DNA of 64,000 bases from an uncultured delta proteobacterium (GTDB lineage Bacteria; Desulfobacterota; Syntrophorhabdia; Syntrophorhabdales; WCHB1-27), in NCBI GenBank assembly GCA_963816715.1, contig CAWFMJ010000015.1, positions 290,108 to 354,107 of the forward strand, read 5' to 3'. Below, in pieces: positions 16,951-25,482 of the stretch; position 1 is the stretch's first letter; each line of letters starts with the position of its first letter. A program made the position numbers and the translations under genes. Below the pieces are notes generated by a model. It did not search any database, was not told the origin of the DNA, and saw only the letters and a list, made by a program, of their open reading frames with translations.

Positions 16951-19100
16951 AAAACACCACGGAACAAAAGAGCCTCTTCAGCGAGTCGTGGTACCGGGCG
17001 GCCGATCTGAGGCCCCGTTTGCGGAGCCATACCCAGTTCCATCACCACGTCTACCGGGGGACCGACTGGTACATCCTCCAGGACAACTCTACCGGCCGGT
17101 TCCATAGGTTCTCACGGGAAGCGTACGCCATCGTGGGCCTCATGGACGGAAAGGCCACCATGCAGGAGATCTGGGAAGCGGCCGGCGAACGACTGGGCGA
17201 CGACATGCCGACGCAGGGCGAGGTAATCAGCCTTCTCTCGTACCTTCATCAGAACGATATCCTGCAATCGGACAAGCCGCCGGACATCCGGGACCTTGCC
17301 AAGCGGCGCCGGAAGGAAAAAGCGAGCCGCTGGATTGCCATGGCCCGTTCGCCGGCCGCCATGAGTTTTCCCGTCTGGGACCCGAATTCCTTTTTGGAAA
17401 AAAGTCTTTTCATCGTGCGGCCCTTCATGAGTCGCGTCGGCGCCGTACTCGGCGCGCTGCTCCTCGGCGTTGCGCTCCTCCTCCTCGGGATGCACTGGCA
17501 GGAGCTGTCTCGGGACGTGACCGACCGGGTGATGAGCACGGAAAACCTCTTCCTTCTCGCGCTCATCTATCCCTTTTCGCGCCTTCTCCATGAGTTCGGC
17601 CATGCCTTCGCAGTGAAAAGGTTCGGCGGGGAGGTCCACGAGATGGGCATCATGCTCATCGTTTTCATGCCCCTGCCTTACGTGGACGCCTCCTGGTCGT
17701 CGGCTTTCCCGGAGAAGGGCAGGCGAATGTTCGTGGGAGCGGCGGGGATCATCGTCGATATCCTCGTGGCGTCGCTCGCCCTCATTGCCTGGACCCTCGC
17801 GGAGCCGGGAGCGGTGCGCGCCATCGCCTACAATATCATCTTCGTCGCGGGCCTCTCCACCCTGCTGCTCAATGGCAACCCCCTGCTTCGCTTCGATTCC
17901 TACTACATCCTCGCCGACTGGCTGGAGATTCCCAACATGGCGGACAGGGCCAACAAATACCTCGCCTATCTTGCCAAGCGCCGCCTGTTGCACATGTCGG
18001 ACGCCGTTTCCTCAGTCCAGGCGCCCGGCGAAAGCCCCTGGCTCTGCATTTACGCCCTTGCCTCCTTTGTCTACCGCATCCTCATCTCCGTCGGCATCTT
18101 TCTCTTCGTCGCCGGGAAGTTCTTCTTTATCGGCGTGATCCTGGCCCTGTGGGCCGCTTTCAGCATGATCGTCTGGCCCCTGGTCAAGGTTGTGCGTTAT
18201 GTGGCGGAACACATGCGCGAGCAGGCGCTACGGGCGGCCCTTGTCGCGGGGGCCGTCATTTGTCCGATCCTGGCCTTCATTGTCTGGTTTCCCCTTCCTT
18301 CCTCCACGGTGACGGAGGGCGTTGTATGGGCGCCCGAAGACTCGCAGGTCTTTGCCGGGACAGACGGGTTTGTGGTGAAGGTCCTCGCACGTCCCGGACA
18401 GCGCGTCTCGCGGGGCGACCCGCTGCTGTTCTGCGACGCCCCCGGTTTGCAGGCGGAAATGAAGGTGCTCAACGCGGCTATGGAAGAGGTGGAGGCGCGT
18501 CTCCGGGTCAGCCTCGTGACGGACCGCACGCAAACGGAGATATTGAAGGATGAGATGGGCAACGTCCGCGCCAAAATGGCGCGGGCCGAGGAGCGGATGT
18601 CGGAGTTGATCGTGCGAAGCCCCGGCTCGGGAACCTTTCTTCTGCCCGAGGCCGAAGATTGGCCCGGCAGGTTCGTCCATAAAGGCACACCGGTCGGTTA
18701 TGTGGTCGATTTTTCGAGGACCGTCGCCAGGGTTGTCGTCAGCCAGGCCGACATCGAGCACATAAGGCATAAGACCGTCAGGGTGGAGGCCCGTCTCGCG
18801 GAATCCTTGCCGACCATTTTGCCCGCCGCGGTCGAGCGGGAAGTGCCGGCCGCGTCGAAGGATCTGCCCAGCATGGCCCTCAGCGTTCAGGGGGGAGGGC
18901 GCGTCGCTCTCGACCCGAAGGAGACGCGACGCCCGCAGGCTTTTGAAAAGCTGTTTCACCTCGATATTGTTCTCCCGGAGGCAAAGGCGCGAGGGATCGG
19001 CGAGCGGGTCTTCGTCAGGTTCGTCCATACGCAGGAGCCCCTCCTTGCGCGATGGCGCAGGGCGGCCCGACGCGTTCTGCTCAGGCGGCTGAGCGTGTAG
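16893..19100 (+). CDS. Fusion of an M50 (site-2-protease family) polytopic zinc metalloprotease with a C-terminal HlyD-like periplasmic adaptor region.
   Basis: HExxH in a hydrophobic context ('FSRLLHEFGHAFAVKRFGGEVHEMGIMLIVFMPLPYVD') and multiple TM segments. The C-terminal half has HlyD-like beta-barrel/coiled-coil features ('GVVWAPEDSQVFAGTDGFVVKVLARPGQRVSRGDPLLFCDAPGLQAEMKVLNAAMEEVEARL...IVRSPGSGTF'). It overlaps the preceding gene by 58 nt, so the true start may be internal. Confidence 0.7.
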   Translation: MDAQTAQLVQALVLVVAALKNTTEQKSLFSESWYRAADLRPRLRSHTQFHHHVYRGTDWYILQDNSTGRFHRFSREAYAIVGLMDGKATMQEIWEAAGERLGDDMPTQGEVISLLSYLHQNDILQSDKPPDIRDLAKRRRKEKASRWIAMARSPAAMSFPVWDPNSFLEKSLFIVRPFMSRVGAVLGALLLGVALLLLGMHWQELSRDVTDRVMSTENLFLLALIYPFSRLLHEFGHAFAVKRFGGEVHEMGIMLIVFMPLPYVDASWSSAFPEKGRRMFVGAAGIIVDILVASLALIAWTLAEPGAVRAIAYNIIFVAGLSTLLLNGNPLLRFDSYYILADWLEIPNMADRANKYLAYLAKRRLLHMSDAVSSVQAPGESPWLCIYALASFVYRILISVGIFLFVAGKFFFIGVILALWAAFSMIVWPLVKVVRYVAEHMREQALRAALVAGAVICPILAFIVWFPLPSSTVTEGVVWAPEDSQVFAGTDGFVVKVLARPGQRVSRGDPLLFCDAPGLQAEMKVLNAAMEEVEARLRVSLVTDRTQTEILKDEMGNVRAKMARAEERMSELIVRSPGSGTFLLPEAEDWPGRFVHKGTPVGYVVDFSRTVARVVVSQADIEHIRHKTVRVEARLAESLPTILPAAVEREVPAASKDLPSMALSVQGGGRVALDPKETRRPQAFEKLFHLDIVLPEAKARGIGERVFVRFVHTQEPLLARWRRAARRVLLRRLSV

Positions 19101-19280
19101 CGTCGTGAACCATGAGAAAAGAGCTGTTTCATCCCCCCGCGACCCGGAGTCTCCGGCCCGAAAAGAAAGATCCCACGCTTTCCACGGCGGAGCGTGCAAG
19201 CCGGGCCCTCGTCGCCCCGCTCGCGCGTTCCCTGCGCTCCCTGAACCGGGTCGGGCGGATCGCTCGGGTCGCCGCAAAAC

Positions 19281-21101
19281 ATGCCTAGCGCGGCATCCCA
19301 AATGAGCGATTCGGCCCTGAAGGAGGAGGCGGGGCGGCTGGGGCTCGAGGCCAGGAGAGGAGGCTTTTCCGAAGAGATTGTCGGACGCCTCTTCGCCATT
19401 GTCCGCGAAGTATCAGGAAGAACCCTGGGCCTCCGTCATTTCGATACGCAGCTTATGGGAGGTTTTCTCCTCCTCAAGGGGATGATCGCCGAGATGGAGA
19501 CGGGAGAGGGGAAGACGCTCACCGCCACCCTCGCCGCGAGCGCGGCGGCGCTTGCCGGGCTGCCCGTTCACGTGATTTGCGTGAACGACTACCTCACCGC
19601 GCGCGACGCGGAGGAGATGGGGCGTGTCTATAAAGCGCTCGGTTTGACCGTCGGCTGCGTGGTCCACGAGAAGACGCTTCGGGAGCGGCAGGCCGCATAC
19701 GGTTGCCAAATTACGTACTGCACCAATAAGGAGATCGTCTTCGACTACCTGCGCGACAGGCTGATCCTCGGAGATGCGACGGACAACCTTCGGCTGCAGG
19801 CGGAATACCTTCACTCCCGCGACGTGCGGGACGACCGCCTCCTTCTGCGCGGCCTTCATTTCGGCATTTGCGACGAGGCCGACAGCATCCTTGTCGACGA
19901 GTCACGCACGCCCCTCATCATTTCCGGCGCGGGAGACGGTAGGGAGGAAGAGGCGTTCCTCCGCCAGGCCTTGTCTTTGGCGAGATCGCTGAAGGAAGAT
20001 AAGGACTACTCCATCGACAGGGACCGGAACAGGATCGACCTGACGGACAAAGGACTCAATCGGGTTAAAACGGCCTCGGGCCAACTCGGCCCTCTCTGGG
20101 CGGTCGCTATCAGGCGCGACGAGACCATAAGGAAGGCGCTGGCCGCCCTCTACCTCTTTCAGGCTGACATCCATTACCTTGTCAAGGACGGCAAGGTACA
20201 GATCATCGACGAATACACGGGCCGGCTCATGCCGGATCGGTCCTGGGAGCGCGGCATGCATCAGCTCATCGAGATAAAGGAAGGGTGCGAGCCGACCCGT
20301 CAGGTGGAATCGATTGCCCGCATCACCTACCAGCGTTTCTTTCGGAGATATCTGCACCTTTGCGGCATGACGGGGACCGCCTGGGAGGTAAGAAAAGAGC
20401 TCTGGTCGGTGTACGGTCTTGCCGTTGCCCGGATGCCCACCGAAAAGCCCCTCAGGCGCCTTTATTTGCCCGGTTTTGTCGCGCCCACCATGGACCAAAA
20501 GCAGCGGGCCATTCTGGAGCGGGTGGAGGAGCTTTTTCACCTGGGCCGCCCCGTCCTTATCGGGACGCGTTCGGTAGCAGCTTCGGAAGAACTGAGCGCG
20601 CGCTTCACCGCGGCCGGTCTTGGCCATCGCGTCCTCAACGCAAAGAATGACGGCGAAGAGGCGGCAATCGTGGCCGAGGCCGGCAGGAGCGAGGCCATCA
20701 CTATCGCAACGAACATGGCGGGACGGGGCACGGATATCAAACTGGGACCGGGGGTTGCCGATCTCGGCGGGCTGCACGTGATCCTCTCGGAGCGGCACGA
20801 CGCCGGAAGGATCGACCGCCAGCTCGCGGGCCGTTGCGGCCGCCAGGGGGATCCGGGCAGTTTTGAGGCCATTTTGTCCATGGAGGATGCCTTGCTCGAA
20901 GGCGGCAGGGCAGGGATGTTCGGGTGGGCGGCGAAGCACGTACCCCGGTTTGCCGCCGGTCTCTGGACACTGATTTCGAAAATCGCTATAGTACATGCGC
21001 AACGAAGGATGGAGCGCGTCCATGCCCGCGCGAGACGGGAGCTTTTGAAGCAGGACGAGCAGATGGGCACGCTTCTTTCATTCTCCGGTTCCGGAGAATA
21101 G
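19281..21101 (+). CDS. SecA-like ATPase of 606 aa. The SecA motor core (NBD1, preprotein-binding region, NBD2) is present, but the C-terminal helical-wing, scaffold and zinc-binding tail of canonical ~900-aa SecA is absent.
   Basis: SecA signature strings are present: 'GMIAEMETGEGKTLTATL', 'ITYCTNKEIVFDYLRD', 'ICDEADSILVDESRTPLIISG', 'GMTGTA', 'ATNMAGRGTDIKLG', 'GGLHVILSERHDAGRIDRQLAGRCGRQGDPGSFEAILSMEDALL'. The protein ends ~40 aa after the last motif. Confidence 0.8.
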   Translation: MPSAASQMSDSALKEEAGRLGLEARRGGFSEEIVGRLFAIVREVSGRTLGLRHFDTQLMGGFLLLKGMIAEMETGEGKTLTATLAASAAALAGLPVHVICVNDYLTARDAEEMGRVYKALGLTVGCVVHEKTLRERQAAYGCQITYCTNKEIVFDYLRDRLILGDATDNLRLQAEYLHSRDVRDDRLLLRGLHFGICDEADSILVDESRTPLIISGAGDGREEEAFLRQALSLARSLKEDKDYSIDRDRNRIDLTDKGLNRVKTASGQLGPLWAVAIRRDETIRKALAALYLFQADIHYLVKDGKVQIIDEYTGRLMPDRSWERGMHQLIEIKEGCEPTRQVESIARITYQRFFRRYLHLCGMTGTAWEVRKELWSVYGLAVARMPTEKPLRRLYLPGFVAPTMDQKQRAILERVEELFHLGRPVLIGTRSVAASEELSARFTAAGLGHRVLNAKNDGEEAAIVAEAGRSEAITIATNMAGRGTDIKLGPGVADLGGLHVILSERHDAGRIDRQLAGRCGRQGDPGSFEAILSMEDALLEGGRAGMFGWAAKHVPRFAAGLWTLISKIAIVHAQRRMERVHARARRELLKQDEQMGTLLSFSGSGE

Positions 21102-21114
21102 GGAGGAAGGGTTT

Positions 21115-21858
21115 ATGAGCAGGAGGATCGGTACCGCGGCGCTCCTCGCAGCCGCGCTTTTCGTGGTGTTCTGCATCGGGGCGGGCAGGGCGGCCTGCCA
21201 GGAGTACCTGGAGGGGATGATAGAACCTTACCTGGTGGTGAACATCAGCAGCCAGACGCCGGGCATCATCGACCAGGTGCTGGTCGAGCGGGGGGACGTC
21301 GTGAAAAAAGGGCAGATCGTGGCGAACCTCCGCGCGGCCGTCGAGAAAGCCGACGTAGAGCTTGCGGAAGCGCAGGTGGCGTTCAGCAAGCGCAAACTCG
21401 GCCGCAACGAACAACTCTTCGAGCAGCAACATATCTCGGCAAATGAGAAGGATGAGATCGAGACGGACATGAAGAAGGGCGAAGCCTTGCTCGAAGAGGC
21501 AAAGGCAAAGCTCGAGATACGGAATATCCGCAGCACCGTGGACGGCGTCGTGGTGAAGCGGGAGCTGGCGGCGGGCGAGTACGTGGGCGAAAAGCCCATC
21601 GTGACCATAGCGCAGATTAACCCCCTCAACGTGGAAGTGGTCGCGCCGGTCAGGCGCTATGGCTCGATCACGAGGGGGATGCTGGCCGAAGTGAGGCCCG
21701 AAGCCCCGGTAGGCGGCTCGTACACGGGCAAGGTGGTCATCGTGGACAGGGTGGTCGACGCGGCAAGCGGCACCTTCGGCATCAGGGTAGAGTTGCCGAA
21801 CCCGAGCATGACCCTGCCGGCGGGGCTGAAGTGCCGGGTGAGGTTCTACCGAAAATAG
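21115..21858 (+). CDS. Short HlyD/RND-efflux-type periplasmic adaptor (membrane fusion)-like protein with an N-terminal signal/anchor sequence.
   Basis: Strong RBS 'GGGAGGAAGGG'. The N-terminus is hydrophobic ('IGTAALLAAALFVVFCIGAG'). Adaptor motifs include 'PYLVVNISSQTPGIIDQVLVERGDVVKKGQIVANL', a coiled coil, and 'IRSTVDGVVVKRELAAGEYVGEKPIVTIAQINPLNVEV'. Confidence 0.7.
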   Translation: MSRRIGTAALLAAALFVVFCIGAGRAACQEYLEGMIEPYLVVNISSQTPGIIDQVLVERGDVVKKGQIVANLRAAVEKADVELAEAQVAFSKRKLGRNEQLFEQQHISANEKDEIETDMKKGEALLEEAKAKLEIRNIRSTVDGVVVKRELAAGEYVGEKPIVTIAQINPLNVEVVAPVRRYGSITRGMLAEVRPEAPVGGSYTGKVVIVDRVVDAASGTFGIRVELPNPSMTLPAGLKCRVRFYRK

Positions 21859-21883
21859 TGCCTGTATAGTGGGTACGAGGCGT

Positions 21884-21917
21884 GCGGCCGGGTTAGGCGC
21901 GAAATTAACCCGGCCGC
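21884..21917 (+). terminator. Perfect 12-bp stem-loop (GCGGCCGGGTTA / TAACCCGGCCGC, 10-nt loop) just after the last operon gene. It is terminator-like but has no U-tract.
   Basis: Inverted repeat read directly: 'gcggccgggttaggcgcgaaattaacccggccgc'. Confidence 0.45.
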
Positions 21918-22232
21918 GAAACCACGGCTGCTTACTTGACCTGCCAGTGATTGCACCTGATCAGACCCTGGCCTGAGAGGCTTATCATTTCAGGACCAGA
22001 GAATCTTCAACGGCTCGTCGAAAAGTGAAGGGCGGTTCATGGCTGACTCCAGAGAGCGTATTGATTGTAAGAACTGAATTCGATAGTCAACAAAATGACA
22101 ATGTCCCCTTGGCCTGCCGCTCCTTGTAAGGCTTCGACGGAAAGCCAGAGGAGCAAATCGTGTCAAATGGGGCGTATAGTAAGAGGATGTGCCCTTGAAC
22201 CGCCTTCAACAGAATAAATCGTTTACATCGCG

Positions 22233-23615
22233 TTGGATTGGGCGTATATAGTAAATATGCCTTTAACGAGTGATACCATTGTTATAGGCTTCACCGGTTC
22301 TATCGGAAGCGGATGTACTTTCATTGCATCCAAAATAATGGACGAATACCGCTATGACTATTTTTCCCTGTCAAATATTCTTAAAGACAAGGCGCGAGCG
22401 GAAGGGAAAAGTGATTTTTCCGTACCTGCCCTCCAAGAGTATGGTGACTCTCTTCGAGCGCAATTTGGATCCGGTTTCCTCGTTGATCAGCTGATTAACA
22501 GTGTAATAGGGGAGCGGAAACTATCTGAGGTCATCCTCGTTGACAGCATCAGAAACGATGTTGAGGTACAGAGTCTAAAGCTGCTGCCACTTTTCTATCT
22601 TTTCTCTGTCCATGCTGACGAAGACGTCCGATGCGCAAGAACAATTAAGCAAAAGAGATTCGAGACTCCTGAGGATTTCCGCACTGCTGATGAGCGCGAT
22701 CAAGCCGAGGAATTCACCTTCGGTCAACAAGTGAAGAAGTGTAACGATCTTGCCGATGTCATAATTGACAACAACAGAACTTTTACCTCTACCGCACCTG
22801 GCAGAATAAGAGATTTCATACGGGGCATTCACCATCGTTATATCGCTTTGATTGTAGCGCGAAAAACCCATGCCTCCAGTCCTGAACATATACCATCAGA
22901 AGACGAGACCTTCATGACTATGGCCTACGCTGAGAGCCAGCGTTCGCACTGTTTAAAGAGAAAAGTCGGCGCGGTGGTAACGTCAAAATACGCAACTGCA
23001 CTCGGGGACGCTAATGCTATAAAGGACACCGTCATGGTAGTCTCTTCAGGGCACAATGAAGTGCCAGTTGGCACAACGCCTTGTGTTTTCGATGAGAAGC
23101 TTGAAAAATGCTATCGAGACTTCCTGCAGGAGGAACAGGCCGAGAAGTATAAGCATTGTCCTTTCTGTGGGACAGCCATCGCATTACCCGCGATCACCTG
23201 TAGAAATTGCGGCTATGAGACAAGCCGCTACGTAAAGACGTGCCCAAAGTGTAGGTCAGAACTCGACATCAAATATAGATGCCCAAACGAGAATTGCAGG
23301 AAAGACGTGTTCAAGGAATACTTAAGGGGGGGAGGCAAACTCCTTGATATGTGCAAGGCTTTGCATGCCGAAGAGAACGCACTCCTTGGTCTTGTACGAG
23401 TGCCAGGCATGGACGGCACTGATCTGACCCTTTACACGACTACATACCCTTGCAACCTTTGCGCGAACAAGATCGTAACTGCTGGGATTAAAACTATTGT
23501 CTATGCGGACCCCTATACAATGAAAGAAGCAGAATTGGTTCTGGCGGCTGGCAAAGTCGGCACCCGTAAGTTCCAAGGAATAAAGAGCGTTGCCTTTTTC
23601 AAGCTTTATTCTTGA
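22233..23615 (+). CDS. Fusion of an N-terminal nucleotide-kinase-like (CoaE/dNMP-kinase-like) P-loop domain with a C-terminal CMP/dCMP-type zinc cytidine deaminase. It resembles antiphage dCTP deaminase (DCD) defence proteins and has an inserted Cys4-type zinc ribbon.
   Basis: The N-terminus 'IVIGFTGSIGSGCTFIASKI' is a kinase-like P-loop, but Cys replaces the Walker-A Lys. The deaminase motifs are 'HAEENALLGL' and 'TYPCNLCANKIVTAGIKTIVYA' (H[AC]E...PCxxC). The insert is 'CPFCG...CRNCG...CPKCR...CPNENC'. The gene sits in an AT-richer island. Confidence 0.65.
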   Translation: MDWAYIVNMPLTSDTIVIGFTGSIGSGCTFIASKIMDEYRYDYFSLSNILKDKARAEGKSDFSVPALQEYGDSLRAQFGSGFLVDQLINSVIGERKLSEVILVDSIRNDVEVQSLKLLPLFYLFSVHADEDVRCARTIKQKRFETPEDFRTADERDQAEEFTFGQQVKKCNDLADVIIDNNRTFTSTAPGRIRDFIRGIHHRYIALIVARKTHASSPEHIPSEDETFMTMAYAESQRSHCLKRKVGAVVTSKYATALGDANAIKDTVMVVSSGHNEVPVGTTPCVFDEKLEKCYRDFLQEEQAEKYKHCPFCGTAIALPAITCRNCGYETSRYVKTCPKCRSELDIKYRCPNENCRKDVFKEYLRGGGKLLDMCKALHAEENALLGLVRVPGMDGTDLTLYTTTYPCNLCANKIVTAGIKTIVYADPYTMKEAELVLAAGKVGTRKFQGIKSVAFFKLYS

Positions 23616-24057
23616 AATACCGTTCCTGCCGTGCTACGTTTTCTTAAAACAGAAGGAGAGGAAGATGAAAAGAGAAGCCAAGCCAGGCGTATCAGGCAGC
23701 CTTTTTGCACAACAATCTTCGAGTGACCTTCCGTCTGAGAGAAAGAGATTGCGTCAAGAGGTTCAAGCCTACCAAACATACTCCAGAGTGTGGAGTTGCG
23801 AGTTACTGTGATCAAGCGATCCACCATTATGGACCGCAAAGAAGAGTGACATTGTCGATTATGCCTGTGGAGGAGAAGGGGAGAAGCTCTTGAAATGGCA
23901 TCCCGGTTATCTCAGGAGTTAATCAGTCCTCATTTCAACATTTCAAGAGCTTCTCCAAAGATCCCTGTCCGGAGAAGCAAATCTGTACTCTTTAGCGCCG
24001 ACGTGGCGAGAGTGGTGCGCAGCACTTTTCTCGCTTATCGTGCTTCTGGCTTTATCC

Positions 24058-25482
24058 TCACCTGCCGTGATTGGTCTTTCTGTTCTCTGCGGATGCATCA
24101 CGGCCCTTAAGACTAAACAACTTATCGGCCCGCCCGATTACCTCTCGCATATCGCAGGCGCTTGCGCAGGCCCTTTCCGTATCCGCTTCCAGTATTCCAG
24201 GTACATACCGGTAGCGCTGCACTCCAAAATCATTAATCCCCGCAGCTCCGGTTGCAAGAGCGACAAGCTGCAGGACTTCGAGAGACGCCAGGTTCGCGCT
24301 AAATGGAAAGACGTTCTCATTTCTCTTAAACCGGTGATCTTTTGGAAGCCCCTGTAGATATGACGGTTCATCCAACTTGCCTTCAATTTCCGTTGCCACA
24401 TCACTCGGCTCATACGTTTTTAGACATGCGAGGCAAGGGCGTTCAGGCCCTACCGTTTGGACCTGCCAATCGACGCCGGAAAACTTACCGTTCTTGAACC
24501 GAACTCCAATACCTCCGTCAATGACTGGGATTAGATGGGCATAAGCGAAATGATTCATAATGTGTCGGGCCCTGGGTCGATCGACGCAGCTGAATAATAC
24601 ATCGCAGTCCAGAGCCGCCTCGTAGCCTTCTTCTTCGACCAGGCTGTGCGGTGCCGACGTCACATCTATCATGGCAGCGGTCGCCGACCCGCGTATCTGT
24701 CTTTCGGCCGCGGTGACCTTCAACTGCCCTATGTCCTCTACGGTTGCCCCCATCAGCCGGTCCAAATTGTGCGGAAGTACTTTGTCGAAATCAATAAGGA
24801 CGAAAAACTGCATCCCCATACGGGCCAGGGTCTCCGCTACAATACTGCCCACGCTCCCCAGCCCAACAATGCCGATACGCAGCCGGGCGAGGTTCGCATG
24901 ATTCGCCTCTCCCCACACGGCGAAGGTCCGCTTGTAGACTTCTCGATAAGCCGGAGGTGGTGCTATGAAGTCGGCAAAGTCGACACTCAACCCACGACCT
25001 ACTTTTCTCACCGAGCGGCACCACTTGCGTTCGTAGTTCCGCGCTTCAATATGTTCCCACACCCTTGCGCTCCAGACGCCATCGGAGCTCAAGGTCAGAC
25101 CAACGAGGGGCAGGTCGGTGATAGCCCCCGCTGCCGACATCATCTTTCTTTCAGCGTCCACATCGTCCACGCTCATCCCCTGCCAGCCACGTCCCGGGTG
25201 GCTGTGAAGAAAAGCGATGCCACTACCCTCAGCCGCCGCCCTTTCGCAAACCCTCTCGAAATACCGAGGATTAAAGCTCACGTTTCTATGCCGCTGTCTG
25301 TCGCCCTCCACAGGATATATGGGGTCGTTGATGAGGGCTGTGAGACGCCGCCTCCCGTGAGACGGCGTCCACAGTGCAAACATAAGCTCTTCCTCTTCGT
25401 CAGGTCTCAAAAGGAATTCTTGAAGCTCGGCGTCGAGGACCGATAAGAGCGCAACGCTATACTCCCGCTCAGGCATTCGCAA
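24058..25482 (-). CDS. Fusion of a JAB/MPN (JAMM) metalloprotease domain with an E1-like (ThiF/MoeB) adenylyltransferase domain. It looks like a ubiquitin-like conjugation/deconjugation enzyme of the bacterial Ubl-E1-E2-JAB operon type.
   Basis: The JAMM-like motif is 'AFLHSHPGRGWQGMSVDD'. The E1 Rossmann motif is 'LRIGIVGLGSVGSIVAETLARMGMQFFVLIDFD' (GxGxxG...D). 'ERPCLACL' is a CxxC. The gene overlaps the upstream gene by 14 nt, so the two form an operon. Confidence 0.7.
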   Translation of the reverse strand: MRMPEREYSVALLSVLDAELQEFLLRPDEEEELMFALWTPSHGRRRLTALINDPIYPVEGDRQRHRNVSFNPRYFERVCERAAAEGSGIAFLHSHPGRGWQGMSVDDVDAERKMMSAAGAITDLPLVGLTLSSDGVWSARVWEHIEARNYERKWCRSVRKVGRGLSVDFADFIAPPPAYREVYKRTFAVWGEANHANLARLRIGIVGLGSVGSIVAETLARMGMQFFVLIDFDKVLPHNLDRLMGATVEDIGQLKVTAAERQIRGSATAAMIDVTSAPHSLVEEEGYEAALDCDVLFSCVDRPRARHIMNHFAYAHLIPVIDGGIGVRFKNGKFSGVDWQVQTVGPERPCLACLKTYEPSDVATEIEGKLDEPSYLQGLPKDHRFKRNENVFPFSANLASLEVLQLVALATGAAGINDFGVQRYRYVPGILEADTERACASACDMREVIGRADKLFSLKGRDASAENRKTNHGR

